Source: Escherichia phage BEC1-17
Reading direction: 5' to 3' (one strand)
Length of the DNA: 53,042 nucleotides
Sequence record: MN158218
Both the position numbers and the translations under genes were made by a program. Positions 16,036 through 25,158 of the stretch are shown piece by piece. Under the pieces are notes generated by a model. That model saw nothing but the letters and a program-made list of their open reading frames with translations, searched no databases and had not been told where the DNA came from. Each line of letters starts with the position of its first letter. The first letter of the stretch is position 1.

Positions 16036-18002
16036 TGAGCTTTTTATTCGATAGCTTCGAAGGTGCAAAGAATGTTAAACCTATCAACCGTCCTATACCA
16101 TACGTCAGGGATACTGGATGGCGGCCGCGCGCGCATTACCCGGATTTGTCTTCTGCAAAGATTATCGGTCTTGACTGTGAAACATACGACCCAGGGATGG
16201 ATACAAATGGTAGTGGTTGGGCCAGGAGGGAGGGTCATATCGTTGGAGTTAGTATCGCTACGGACAACGGCTTCAAAGCTTACTACCCAATCAGACACGA
16301 GCTCGGCGAAGAGGATAACCTTCCAGCTGAGGAAGTACTTGGTTGGCTTCGGCTCGAACTCTCGCGACCTAACCAAGTTAAAGTCGGTGCTAACATCACA
16401 TATGACTTGGGCTGGCTTGCAGCAGAAGGCGTGGAAGTCAAAGGATTGTGCATGGATGTACAATTCGCGGAAGCATTACTTGACCCAGGCGCGCGTGTTG
16501 CACTTGAAGGACTTGGACGAAAGTATGTAGGCGAAGGTAAAGACTCAGCCGAGATGTACCAATGGATTTCAGATGCTTATGGCTGTAAGCCAACAGGTGA
16601 AGCCAGAAAGTACATCTACAAAACGCCTCCTCGTCTTGTGGGTTACTATGCTGAATCTGACGCCGACTTACCAATACACATTATCAAAGCCCAGTGGCCT
16701 TTGTTAAGTCGCTGGTGTTTAACAGACGTATTCTATATGGAGTGCAAGCTCATTCCATTAATGCTTAAGATGCGTTTTGCAGGTGTGCGTGTTGACCTTG
16801 ACAAAGCCAAAGAGGCGGATGATACGCTTAGCGCTGAAATAAGGAAAATGCACCAGCAGATTAAAGACCAGATTGGCTTTAACATTAACGTTAACTCAGG
16901 TCCGGACTTAGCTCTTGCATTTGACCATCTTGGTCTGGAGTACTTCAGAACAGCGGCGGGCAATCCGTCGTTTACGGCAGACTTCTTAGCAGGCTTACAC
17001 CATCCGTTTGCGGAACTGGTGTCTGAGATTAAGTCTTATGAGAAAATCCAGTCCACGTTTATTCGTGGCTATATATTGGGGATGAATACAAATGGCTTCC
17101 TTCACGGTCAATTCCATCAAATGCGCGGTGATGACGGTGGAACCGTTAGTGGTCGGTTTAGCTCATCTGACCCTAATCTGCAGAATATACCGTCTAGACA
17201 CAAAATACTGGGACCACTCCTTCGTGCTTGTTTCGTACCGGATGTCGGACACAGATGGGGATCAGCAGACTACGCCCAAATTGAATATCGATTCATGGCG
17301 CATTTTGCAGTCGGCCCGGGCGCTGATGAGTTACGAGCAATTTTCGCGGCTAACCCGGAAGCAGATTACCACAATGTTATGGTCGATATTATCAAGGAAG
17401 CCTCAGGTCACGTTATAGAGCGTAAACCGGCTAAGACCATTAACTTTGGTTTGTTGTATGGCATGATGCTTAATGCTCTTGCCCGTAAGTTAGCAATGAC
17501 GCCTGAAGAAGCGGAACCTGTTCTGAAGGCGTATCATCAGGGTGCACCATTCATTGGTGCTACCATGAAGCATTATGAAGACTTATGTTATAGCCAGGGG
17601 TATGTAGAAACTTTTATGGGCCGGAAGACGTGGTTCAACAAATGGGTCCCAAAACGTGGCGGATTCGGTAAGATGCCTTTACCATTTGAAGAAGCACGTC
17701 AAGAATACGGCCCGAACATTAAACTGGCAGACACCCACAAGGCAATCAACCGAGTGCTGCAAGGGTCGTCAGCAGACCAGATGAAGTCTGCAATGCTGAA
17801 AGGGTATGAAGACGGTTACTTTGACGTGATTGGCGTACCTCGCCTGACGGTACACGATGAGCTTAACTTCTCTCTACCAACTGGTAAGCAAGCAGAAGAT
17901 GGATTCTATGATTTCGTACGGGTCATGGAAACTGTACTACCGCTTCGTGTACCTGTTCTTACTGATGCTAAGATAGAAAGTAACTGGGCAGAGGCACACT
18001 AA
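16032..18002 (+). CDS. family-A DNA polymerase with 3'-5' proofreading exonuclease domain
   Basis: Exo I LDCETYD, Exo II ITYDLGW, Exo III YYAESDADL; motif B RKPAKTINFGLLYGM; motif C VHDEL. Confidence 0.9.
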   Translation: MMSFLFDSFEGAKNVKPINRPIPYVRDTGWRPRAHYPDLSSAKIIGLDCETYDPGMDTNGSGWARREGHIVGVSIATDNGFKAYYPIRHELGEEDNLPAEEVLGWLRLELSRPNQVKVGANITYDLGWLAAEGVEVKGLCMDVQFAEALLDPGARVALEGLGRKYVGEGKDSAEMYQWISDAYGCKPTGEARKYIYKTPPRLVGYYAESDADLPIHIIKAQWPLLSRWCLTDVFYMECKLIPLMLKMRFAGVRVDLDKAKEADDTLSAEIRKMHQQIKDQIGFNINVNSGPDLALAFDHLGLEYFRTAAGNPSFTADFLAGLHHPFAELVSEIKSYEKIQSTFIRGYILGMNTNGFLHGQFHQMRGDDGGTVSGRFSSSDPNLQNIPSRHKILGPLLRACFVPDVGHRWGSADYAQIEYRFMAHFAVGPGADELRAIFAANPEADYHNVMVDIIKEASGHVIERKPAKTINFGLLYGMMLNALARKLAMTPEEAEPVLKAYHQGAPFIGATMKHYEDLCYSQGYVETFMGRKTWFNKWVPKRGGFGKMPLPFEEARQEYGPNIKLADTHKAINRVLQGSSADQMKSAMLKGYEDGYFDVIGVPRLTVHDELNFSLPTGKQAEDGFYDFVRVMETVLPLRVPVLTDAKIESNWAEAH

Positions 18003-18017
18003 TTAAAGGTCTATAAT

Positions 18018-18293
18018 ATGTCTAATATAGGGTTAGAGTATAAGGTAGATGAAACGCTTAAGTTAAGGGCGAAGGAGATACTAGACGCCTCAGGATGTAT
18101 ATCAAGCCTGGACTGGTTTATGAAGATATTCCAGGAAGAACCAGAAGCTGTTGCCAAAAAGATTTACAAAAGCGATATTTTACGGCAGGATATTCCTGTG
18201 CTGTGTTTCCAGATACGTGGCGATGATGATTGCTGGACGCAACAGCTATGCGATGAATTAGAAACCCTGTATTGTGAAGAAGAGGGAAAATAA
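18018..18293 (+). CDS. hypothetical protein
   Basis: 91-aa ORF with AAGG RBS. Confidence 0.4.
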   Translation: MSNIGLEYKVDETLKLRAKEILDASGCISSLDWFMKIFQEEPEAVAKKIYKSDILRQDIPVLCFQIRGDDDCWTQQLCDELETLYCEEEGK

Positions 18294-18517
18294 TGATTGA
18301 AACTACACGCACATCAGACCTTAATGATATGGCGGCAGAAGCTGAACAAGTGGCCCGTGAAGCAGCACTGTCAAACCGTGTCAGATATACGGGTGTAAGC
18401 CCGCTGATGTGCTACCAGTGTGGGGATGATATTGAAGAAAAGAGGCGTCAGCTTTTACCTGGTACAGTATTGTGTGCGGCGTGTGCGCAGTATAACGAGC
18501 TGAAAGGAAAACGCTAA
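18293..18517 (+). CDS. DksA/TraR-like C4 zinc-finger protein
   Basis: CYQCGDDI ... CAACA (CxxC-N17-CxxC) at C-terminus of a 74-aa protein. Confidence 0.45.
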   Translation: MIETTRTSDLNDMAAEAEQVAREAALSNRVRYTGVSPLMCYQCGDDIEEKRRQLLPGTVLCAACAQYNELKGKR

Positions 18518-18522
18518 TAAAT

Positions 18523-18547
18523 AAAGGGGCCATCACTCGGCCCCTTT
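18523..18547. terminator. bidirectional terminator hairpin AAAGGGGCC-ATCACTC-GGCCCCTTT at the convergence of plus and minus gene blocks
   Basis: 9-bp stem flanked by A-tract and T-tract between convergent genes. Confidence 0.6.
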
Positions 18548-18808
18548 GTTACTCCAGTTAATTATGCTGTCCATCTTGTCTGCACAATCATCAAGAGCTG
18601 TTCCACGTTCAATAGCTAACTGACCTATTGCCTTCCAGGTGTTACCTGTTAATTCAGGCTTATGGCATTTAACCAGGTACGCACCAGGCGGATAAACCTT
18701 GACTACCCTGTCAACATAAACAACTTCAGGCTTATCAGCGCATGAGTTCAAGAACGGCAGAAGGAGCAACGGTATTAGCGCACGAATCATCTTTTGTCGC
18801 TTCGTCAT
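18533..18808 (-). CDS. o-spanin-like outer-membrane lipoprotein
   Basis: signal-peptide-like N-terminus ending in lipobox-like LNSC; overlaps i-spanin 3' end in another frame; start taken at internal ATG 18808. Confidence 0.5.
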   Translation of the reverse strand: MTKRQKMIRALIPLLLLPFLNSCADKPEVVYVDRVVKVYPPGAYLVKCHKPELTGNTWKAIGQLAIERGTALDDCADKMDSIINWSNKGAE

Positions 18809-19064
18809 ATTTACCCTTCTTATCACGCAGTTGTTGTTCAAGTTCAGCTATCTTACTGGCGCGTTTGGCTGAGGCCTCACGTTCATCCTTTACAGAATTA
18901 ATCAGCGTTTGATTAGCAGCAGACAACTCGCCATTAGTCTTGTTAAGCTGTTTGATTATACCGTCGCGGTCGGTAATATCGCCTTTCAGCTCACGTACCC
19001 ACAAAGACAGGAACACAATGGCGAGGCCGAGAATAACTGCAATTATTGCACCGGTTTTAGACAT
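18735..19064 (-). CDS. i-spanin-like protein
   Basis: N-terminal transmembrane segment followed by charged coiled-coil-like region; immediately downstream of endolysin. Confidence 0.55.
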   Translation of the reverse strand: MSKTGAIIAVILGLAIVFLSLWVRELKGDITDRDGIIKQLNKTNGELSAANQTLINSVKDEREASAKRASKIAELEQQLRDKKGKYDEATKDDSCANTVAPSAVLELMR

Positions 19065-19618
19065 AGCGCTTTTTCCTTTTGCTTACGTATTGTCAAGCCC
19101 CTGTACTTACCACCCATATCCCAGTCCGTTATGCGGTTACACATTTCAGTCCAGTTTTGTTTACGAGCAGCAGTATATATTTTGGTAGGTGAACCATCCT
19201 TGTTCTTACGGAGTCTAGTGCAACCATGGTTAAATACCATAGAGGTCATGGCGCTGAACTGGTTCGTGTTCATATCTTTACCGTGGAACCAGTCATTAAC
19301 ACACTTTTCAGCCTCTTGAATATTCTTGACCCAGCGGTCAGCAATCTCCTGGTCTGTCAAGCCTTCGCGGCGTACAGCGGGCTCATCGCTGTAGATGCGG
19401 CTACCAATACCAACTGTTAAATAACCAGTAGGGCACACATACGGGTTGCGCATACAACCTTCTGCATTACCGATTATCTCAAGGCCTTCTTTATTAGTAC
19501 GGACATGCGTACTTGTCATCGACAATACAAGCCCGATGATAGCGAGCACGCTACAACCTCCTTTAGTCGCTGCTGATTTCAGACTCACGCAACACCTCTT
19601 CTTTCGATGCGACTTCAT
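19043..19618 (-). CDS. SAR endolysin (T4-lysozyme-like muramidase with signal-anchor-release N-terminus)
   Basis: Gly/Ala/Ser-rich weakly hydrophobic N-terminal segment then E...C...TVGIGS lysozyme catalytic region. Confidence 0.7.
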   Translation of the reverse strand: MKSHRKKRCCVSLKSAATKGGCSVLAIIGLVLSMTSTHVRTNKEGLEIIGNAEGCMRNPYVCPTGYLTVGIGSRIYSDEPAVRREGLTDQEIADRWVKNIQEAEKCVNDWFHGKDMNTNQFSAMTSMVFNHGCTRLRKNKDGSPTKIYTAARKQNWTEMCNRITDWDMGGKYRGLTIRKQKEKALCLKPVQ

Positions 19619-19823
19619 CCTCTATCGGCTTCTTACGATTGTAATAATCCGACATAATTTTGGTTCGCCGTGTTTGGTTATACGTAACAACAATCAGCAT
19701 CACCAAGGAACTGAGTATACCGATAAGAGTACCCCAATCACTTAGTGATAAAGTACTTACTGTTATTGTTACCCAAGCCACAAACTGGCCAATAAGGGAA
19801 GACTTGTCGTTGTAGTCAAACAT
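19563..19823 (-). CDS. holin (two-TMD, pinholin-like)
   Basis: 86 aa from ATG 19823 (GGAG RBS); two hydrophobic helices then charged C-terminus; directly upstream of SAR endolysin. Confidence 0.5.
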   Translation of the reverse strand: MFDYNDKSSLIGQFVAWVTITVSTLSLSDWGTLIGILSSLVMLIVVTYNQTRRTKIMSDYYNRKKPIEDEVASKEEVLRESEISSD

Positions 19824-19925
19824 CCCATATCTCCGGTTTATTGTATACCCAGAGTGGATTATAGCACGACTCAAGCGTAAAAGAAACACTACCAGCAACT
19901 GCACAAGCTTGCTGGTAGCAATTAG

Positions 19926-20429
19926 TTACGGTCGTACAGGCCAGTCGATATGCGGCGCATCTGACATAACAAGCAGCAACAAATCGGCACGGAATTTATG
20001 GAGAGCGATAATACGTTCCTCATCTTCTTCAGTGTCGAGTTGTCCTTCAACCCAAGCCTGTTCTTCCTGCAGGCGTTCTTCTGCAATTGCTAACTGCAGT
20101 TCCGAGTGCTTAACGAATTTGCCATTAACGTAAGACCACTCGTAATAGCAATCCGCAAACTTATCAGCAGGCACAGAGTCAACAATATGCAAATCACAGT
20201 TAACAGGAAACAGCAACGTAGGATTGTTAGAATACGCCGCAACAGCATTGTACTTGTCCACAACAATATAATGAACCAGCTCTTTATTCTTAGCCAGCTC
20301 TTTAGCCAACTTGCGCCAGTCATTACCGTTGTTATCCTTGATGAATACAACGCCTTGCTTAATCAGCGGAAGTGTCTCCGCTGTCCTTTGTGGGTTGTAT
20401 TCTGTAAAGTTGAAAAATGACAGTTGCAT
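19926..20429 (-). CDS. tail fiber assembly protein (Tfa family), copy 2
   Basis: C-terminal HKFRADLLLLVMSDAPHIDWPVRP matches Tfa signature W/F-x-x-Y/F-R...D...WP; paralog of adjacent gene. Confidence 0.6.
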   Translation of the reverse strand: MQLSFFNFTEYNPQRTAETLPLIKQGVVFIKDNNGNDWRKLAKELAKNKELVHYIVVDKYNAVAAYSNNPTLLFPVNCDLHIVDSVPADKFADCYYEWSYVNGKFVKHSELQLAIAEERLQEEQAWVEGQLDTEEDEERIIALHKFRADLLLLVMSDAPHIDWPVRP

Positions 20430-20432
20430 GGT

Positions 20433-20975
20433 TTACTCCGGCATAGGTGGAACAACCATAGCGGAACCAAGGTTAATGTCAAGACGATTGACAGCAATCC
20501 TGTAATCACGCCATTTAGCAAATAGCTCTTTTTCTTCATCGGTAGCATTGCCACTATCAACTGTGTCACGTAAAACACTGACCTTGGTCGAAGCGATAGA
20601 CAGAGCTTGTTCTTTACGCTCACGAGCAATCTCCTTCATCATTGGTGCGTTAAGCGTAAACTCTTTACCGTCAAACAGCCATTCGCCAACAGTTTCGAAG
20701 ATGTTGAAAGGCGGGTCGTACGTCACAACCATATCGCAACCCACAGGATGGAACATAGTTGGATCGGTATGTGCAGCTACAACCACACCGTTCTTATCTA
20801 CCTGCAAGAACGTTGCACCATTATATTCGTTAGTGAGCTCTTTTGCGAGATCGTACCAGTCGCGACCTTCCTCATCCTTGAGGAAGATTGCACCAGCATT
20901 TACAATGTTCTCGTTCTCTTCTGTTACCTCAGGATGGTACATGGTAAAATTACGGAACACTTTATGCTTAGTCAT
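20433..20975 (-). CDS. tail fiber assembly protein (Tfa family), copy 1
   Basis: N-terminal FRNFTMYHP...DWYDLAKEL and C-terminal WRDYRIAVNRLD motifs shared with copy 2. Confidence 0.6.
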   Translation of the reverse strand: MTKHKVFRNFTMYHPEVTEENENIVNAGAIFLKDEEGRDWYDLAKELTNEYNGATFLQVDKNGVVVAAHTDPTMFHPVGCDMVVTYDPPFNIFETVGEWLFDGKEFTLNAPMMKEIARERKEQALSIASTKVSVLRDTVDSGNATDEEKELFAKWRDYRIAVNRLDINLGSAMVVPPMPE

Positions 20976-20983
20976 AGTAACCT

Positions 20984-22324
20984 TTATGATACGTTGCTTA
21001 CGTTAATCCAAGTGCCGTTAATGTAATACTGTAACGGCGCCGACCAGTATGTACCACCACGCAACTCTTTCTTATTACCGAAGCGCCAGCCAGTCATTAC
21101 ATGTCCAGGGTAGAACGTTGACTCGGATACACCAGCAGCAATACGAGCGCCAAGTCGAATACCCCGAACGTTACCGGCTGAAGTATCGATAGGCTGCGGG
21201 TTGTTAGGTGAATATACTCTAACACCATTCTCGCATAAAATAAAGCTATTTGTGGTAGTTACTCGGCTATTAAGACCATCCACCTGCAAAGCTACTGTAC
21301 GGCGGTCGGCAATACCGCCAGGGCGACACACTGCCATGTTAATCTGGGTGGCACCACCTGCCGTAAGAATGTGCTGGATATGTGACATAGGCACAGAACC
21401 CCAGCGAGCCGCAGTGATAACATTACTGTTAGCCGCAACAGAAACCGAAGTCAGCAACTCCTGAACAGCAGTACCGCCTGCGATGTTACCGGAGTACTCA
21501 ACAGTACCTACGCCGGCGGAGTTAGCAGCACGTAGCAAGTCGGAAGTAGTACGTGCAATATGCAGCCAGCCGACAGTGCCTAAGTTACCACGGATTGAGT
21601 CAGAACCATCCATAGGGATGAAGTCCTGGTTAATACCCAGCTCAGATGCCGTAGGTTTATTATCTGGCCCGTAAGAGTATGACCATTCGCCCCAGGTACT
21701 ATTAACCTTCTCACGCATGGCTATTACGCGCTTGCCCTTGGTGCGTCCCCACTGTGAAGCGTTTTTCGCATCCCAGTTGATATGCAGAATCTCAGTCTCA
21801 ACGCCGTTAGTAGGTCCGCCAGTACCTGACGCTGGAAGCTGGTAGATACCGTCGTTTACAATGCTGTTAGCATTAGTAACTACCTCAGCGTTGCCACCTA
21901 ATCCAAATGCACCGACCTGGATTACGTTGCCAGAGGCTTTACCAACCTGTCGTGCTGCAGCAGTTGCCGCAGTCAGGTCGAGTACAGGGCGCCACTGTGT
22001 AGGGTTAGCAGACGGTGGCATATTAATGTTCTGCACCAGACAACGGTACAGCATATTGTCGGCGTTAACTTTAACCAGTGCACCAACCGGGTAGGTCTCA
22101 GTTTCTACCCATATATCAACACCCTGCTGAAGGATGTAGTGGATACCTTTGTCAGTACGGTTACCGATAAAGTTAAACCACTCCATCGGAGGAATACCTT
22201 CAGAGTAGCCAAGGGTTGCACCCCAGCCACGAGCAAGGTCACCGAACGGCAGCAGTTCACCAGTACCCGCGGAGCTGGCGAAGATGTCGTTATCGGGTCT
22301 TGTTTGTACATCAGCCATATACAT
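20984..22324 (-). CDS. tail fiber protein
   Basis: 446 aa, Gly/Asn/Thr/Ser-rich; directly upstream of Tfa genes and downstream of baseplate genes. Confidence 0.55.
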   Translation of the reverse strand: MYMADVQTRPDNDIFASSAGTGELLPFGDLARGWGATLGYSEGIPPMEWFNFIGNRTDKGIHYILQQGVDIWVETETYPVGALVKVNADNMLYRCLVQNINMPPSANPTQWRPVLDLTAATAAARQVGKASGNVIQVGAFGLGGNAEVVTNANSIVNDGIYQLPASGTGGPTNGVETEILHINWDAKNASQWGRTKGKRVIAMREKVNSTWGEWSYSYGPDNKPTASELGINQDFIPMDGSDSIRGNLGTVGWLHIARTTSDLLRAANSAGVGTVEYSGNIAGGTAVQELLTSVSVAANSNVITAARWGSVPMSHIQHILTAGGATQINMAVCRPGGIADRRTVALQVDGLNSRVTTTNSFILCENGVRVYSPNNPQPIDTSAGNVRGIRLGARIAAGVSESTFYPGHVMTGWRFGNKKELRGGTYWSAPLQYYINGTWINVSNVS

Positions 22325-22970
22325 TCACCTGTGCTGGTAAGTTTACAGTAGCATAACGATACAGACTATCCGTAACGTCAACGCTCGTGTTAAGTTCGAT
22401 CTTTACCCCTGTGGGGCGCGGAAGTATATCGTAGTTCTGAATCAGCACTTGCTTAAGTGGTGTCAGAGTACTGTATATCTCCAGAGTCATTGTCATATCT
22501 TCGTTGTCAGTTATAACGAAGTTATTCATTCCGAAGAATTCAATCAGGAAGTCAATTAGATACGGCATAGTACCGTCTTGCATGTTCTTCCAGATTTTCA
22601 TCTTGATGTAAGTACGCAGGTCAATGTCGTCAAGAATTACCGGGTCCCATACTGATGCACCGTAGCGATAGAACGGGCCACCTTTATTACCAGACGAACC
22701 ACCGAAGCCAAGCACGTCTGGTACTTTGTTGGTAAAGCCGAAGAACTTACGGTCTACGCCTTTCTTGAGAACACGAGATGCGCCGACGCGGGCTGCAACA
22801 TTATCAAGACCTTTACCGAAAGCTTTATCGATATTAAGGCTATCAACAACTTGTTGGGCGCCGTCCCAGATACCCTGAATTGCATCATCGAAGCCCTTAA
22901 TAGTTGCAACAGCTTTTGGTTTATCAGCGTACTGTTGAATAAGTAGTTTATGATATTCAGCCATCAGCAT
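22311..22970 (-). CDS. baseplate/tail-fiber-attachment protein (putative)
   Basis: position between baseplate J-like gene and tail fiber gene. Confidence 0.4.
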   Translation of the reverse strand: MLMAEYHKLLIQQYADKPKAVATIKGFDDAIQGIWDGAQQVVDSLNIDKAFGKGLDNVAARVGASRVLKKGVDRKFFGFTNKVPDVLGFGGSSGNKGGPFYRYGASVWDPVILDDIDLRTYIKMKIWKNMQDGTMPYLIDFLIEFFGMNNFVITDNEDMTMTLEIYSTLTPLKQVLIQNYDILPRPTGVKIELNTSVDVTDSLYRYATVNLPAQVNVYG

Positions 22971-24129
22971 TCACCACTGCAATAGTGATACGGTCTGCAG
23001 CGAATATTGCACGCTCAAGAGCAGTGATACGCAGAATCGTATCTGTCGACGGATTAGCTGATTTACCCACAAAGAAAGTCTTGATGTAGAAGTTAGGGCT
23101 TACGCCATTCGCTTCTTGAATCAGCTGGCCAAGTTCATAGGTTGATACCTCTTCACCGATATTGTATACCTTGGACAGAATAGCATTCTTAATAAGTTCC
23201 TCTGAAACGTCGGTAAACAGTTCCTTACGGGCTACAACAAGTGAAGCATAAGCCTCAACATAAGTAGGCTGACTCCATTTCATTGTGCGCTGTGTACCTG
23301 ACTTATCCGTAATCTGATAAGACACAGTGCCAATCTGCTTACAGCCATTAGTCTTACGACGGAAGATACAGTCAGCAATAGCAGCAGGCGAACCACCATC
23401 CACAACAATCTGCATACTGTGAGGAGGTAAGCCAGTTAACGGGTCCCGAGTATCTTCTTCGTTCTCGTAACCGTTACACGCGATAACATCAGTCATCTGA
23501 CGAATCTCAGCAACAATACCGTCTAAGCTGTTCGTGCCAGGTTTGCCGTAAGAGTTATACGCACGGTCTATTGCCTCAGAGTCGAGCTCAGTGGACGCAC
23601 CGCCAGACGACACTTGCATGTTGGTAACTTTACGCACACCAGAAACGATGGTCTGTGGTTTAAGCTCATCGTTTGCAAGTACGACAAAGCGGCCAGTCTT
23701 AACAGAACTGAAGCTTGTTTCGACTACACCGTTATCATCCAGCGCAACAGTGGAGTTAAGCTGGTACACGTTATTCGAGCTGTCAGTTACATAGTAAGGA
23801 GTACGTATAATAGTGTTACGGTCACCTTCAATCTTAACCCTGGTCAACAACGTTGACATCTCGCCTTTACGCTGAAGCGCTACGTAGGCAAGGAACTGGT
23901 CTACGTATACACCAGATGCCTGGTTAGGGTCAAGCATAGAAAACAGAATTGCAACTTGCTCGTCCTGGTCTGCAAACATCTGCGCCAGAATACCAACCAT
24001 TTGTCCGTCAGCAGACTTAGCTGACAAATCAATATCCGCGCCATACACACGACGGAAGAGCGTTTCGAATCTGCTGATCCAGTCGTCGAGCTTGACGGGA
24101 ACATAGCCTGTGCTAGTTACAGAGCCCAT
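22957..24129 (-). CDS. baseplate J-like protein (putative)
   Basis: 390 aa in canonical baseplate-gene position; synteny only. Confidence 0.4.
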   Translation of the reverse strand: MGSVTSTGYVPVKLDDWISRFETLFRRVYGADIDLSAKSADGQMVGILAQMFADQDEQVAILFSMLDPNQASGVYVDQFLAYVALQRKGEMSTLLTRVKIEGDRNTIIRTPYYVTDSSNNVYQLNSTVALDDNGVVETSFSSVKTGRFVVLANDELKPQTIVSGVRKVTNMQVSSGGASTELDSEAIDRAYNSYGKPGTNSLDGIVAEIRQMTDVIACNGYENEEDTRDPLTGLPPHSMQIVVDGGSPAAIADCIFRRKTNGCKQIGTVSYQITDKSGTQRTMKWSQPTYVEAYASLVVARKELFTDVSEELIKNAILSKVYNIGEEVSTYELGQLIQEANGVSPNFYIKTFFVGKSANPSTDTILRITALERAIFAADRITIAVVNADG

Positions 24130-24500
24130 CAGTTTTCTCCGGTTAAATTAATACTTCTGTTAATAGAGGTTGTGTTGTGGTAAATATCATTAACCTCAAC
24201 CGAATAAACAGCGTGACGTGAGTCAGGGTCGAAGCTTAGGGTAAAGCTCTCGATAGAACTAACTCCATACTCCGCAAGTATTGCTGTCTTGATTGCAGCC
24301 TCCAGGTCAGCCCATCGAACAGGCTTCTCCATTAGTCCGAACCAGTCAATGCCATAGTCCAGGTCATGTACCCAGTCCATAGTATAACAGCGGAGTATCT
24401 GCACGATGCGTTGTTCAATGGACTCAGACGTATCGGCGTAGTCAAGTCGGCCACGCCCAAAATTCCAGTCCCAGTTTGAATCGAGTCGTCTTGTTCGCAT
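24129..24500 (-). CDS. baseplate wedge protein (gp25-like, putative)
   Basis: 123 aa; size and position typical. Confidence 0.35.
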   Translation of the reverse strand: MRTRRLDSNWDWNFGRGRLDYADTSESIEQRIVQILRCYTMDWVHDLDYGIDWFGLMEKPVRWADLEAAIKTAILAEYGVSSIESFTLSFDPDSRHAVYSVEVNDIYHNTTSINRSINLTGEN

Positions 24501-24510
24501 TGTGGGTTAC

Positions 24511-25158
24511 CTAGTTTTGCGGGCCATTAGTAATACCGCCACCGTCACCATTTTCTTGGTGTCTGTGTTTGGACATCTTAACGCCGCCAATGTCAACTTC
24601 TTTAAACTTGGCTTCTGTGTTTGGTGCATTAAGTGTTGGTGTATCAAGCAAGTCTACTGCTGTGGCCTTTATCGATACCTTGCCAGCATTATTAATATTG
24701 ATATAGTGACTACCGTCAACCTTACGGATAGTTACACCTTCCATCCAGTTTGTTATCTTCAGAGGCTTAGGTCTGAAGCCCACAAGACAGAAGCAGTCTG
24801 ACAGGTCATTCTGTCGGAAGTCACCTGGTATAGCGTTTTCAGCCAGCTCATACCATACGTCAATACATCTGTCAGCAACAAGAAGTAAGCACGGGTCGCC
24901 TTTCTTTGGTTCAAGCGTTATAACAAAATCACCACCGCCTAGCTGGAATAAAGGAACATCAGCTGCTGGTGGTAGTGGTCTCATTGAACCATCTTCGTTT
25001 TCGGCGCTAACCATAGGTTCAACAACAACAGTCTGTAGGTCACTGTTAAACGATACTATACGACCAGGTAAACAGTGGCGCTTACCAATCATTGCGGCAA
25101 ACAGTGCAGCTTCAATGGCCTCGTCAAGTGTTGCTGTATTATAATCAATAGCTGACAT
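24511..25158 (-). CDS. baseplate spike/hub protein (putative)
   Basis: 215 aa; synteny. Confidence 0.35.
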   Translation of the reverse strand: MSAIDYNTATLDEAIEAALFAAMIGKRHCLPGRIVSFNSDLQTVVVEPMVSAENEDGSMRPLPPAADVPLFQLGGGDFVITLEPKKGDPCLLLVADRCIDVWYELAENAIPGDFRQNDLSDCFCLVGFRPKPLKITNWMEGVTIRKVDGSHYININNAGKVSIKATAVDLLDTPTLNAPNTEAKFKEVDIGGVKMSKHRHQENGDGGGITNGPQN

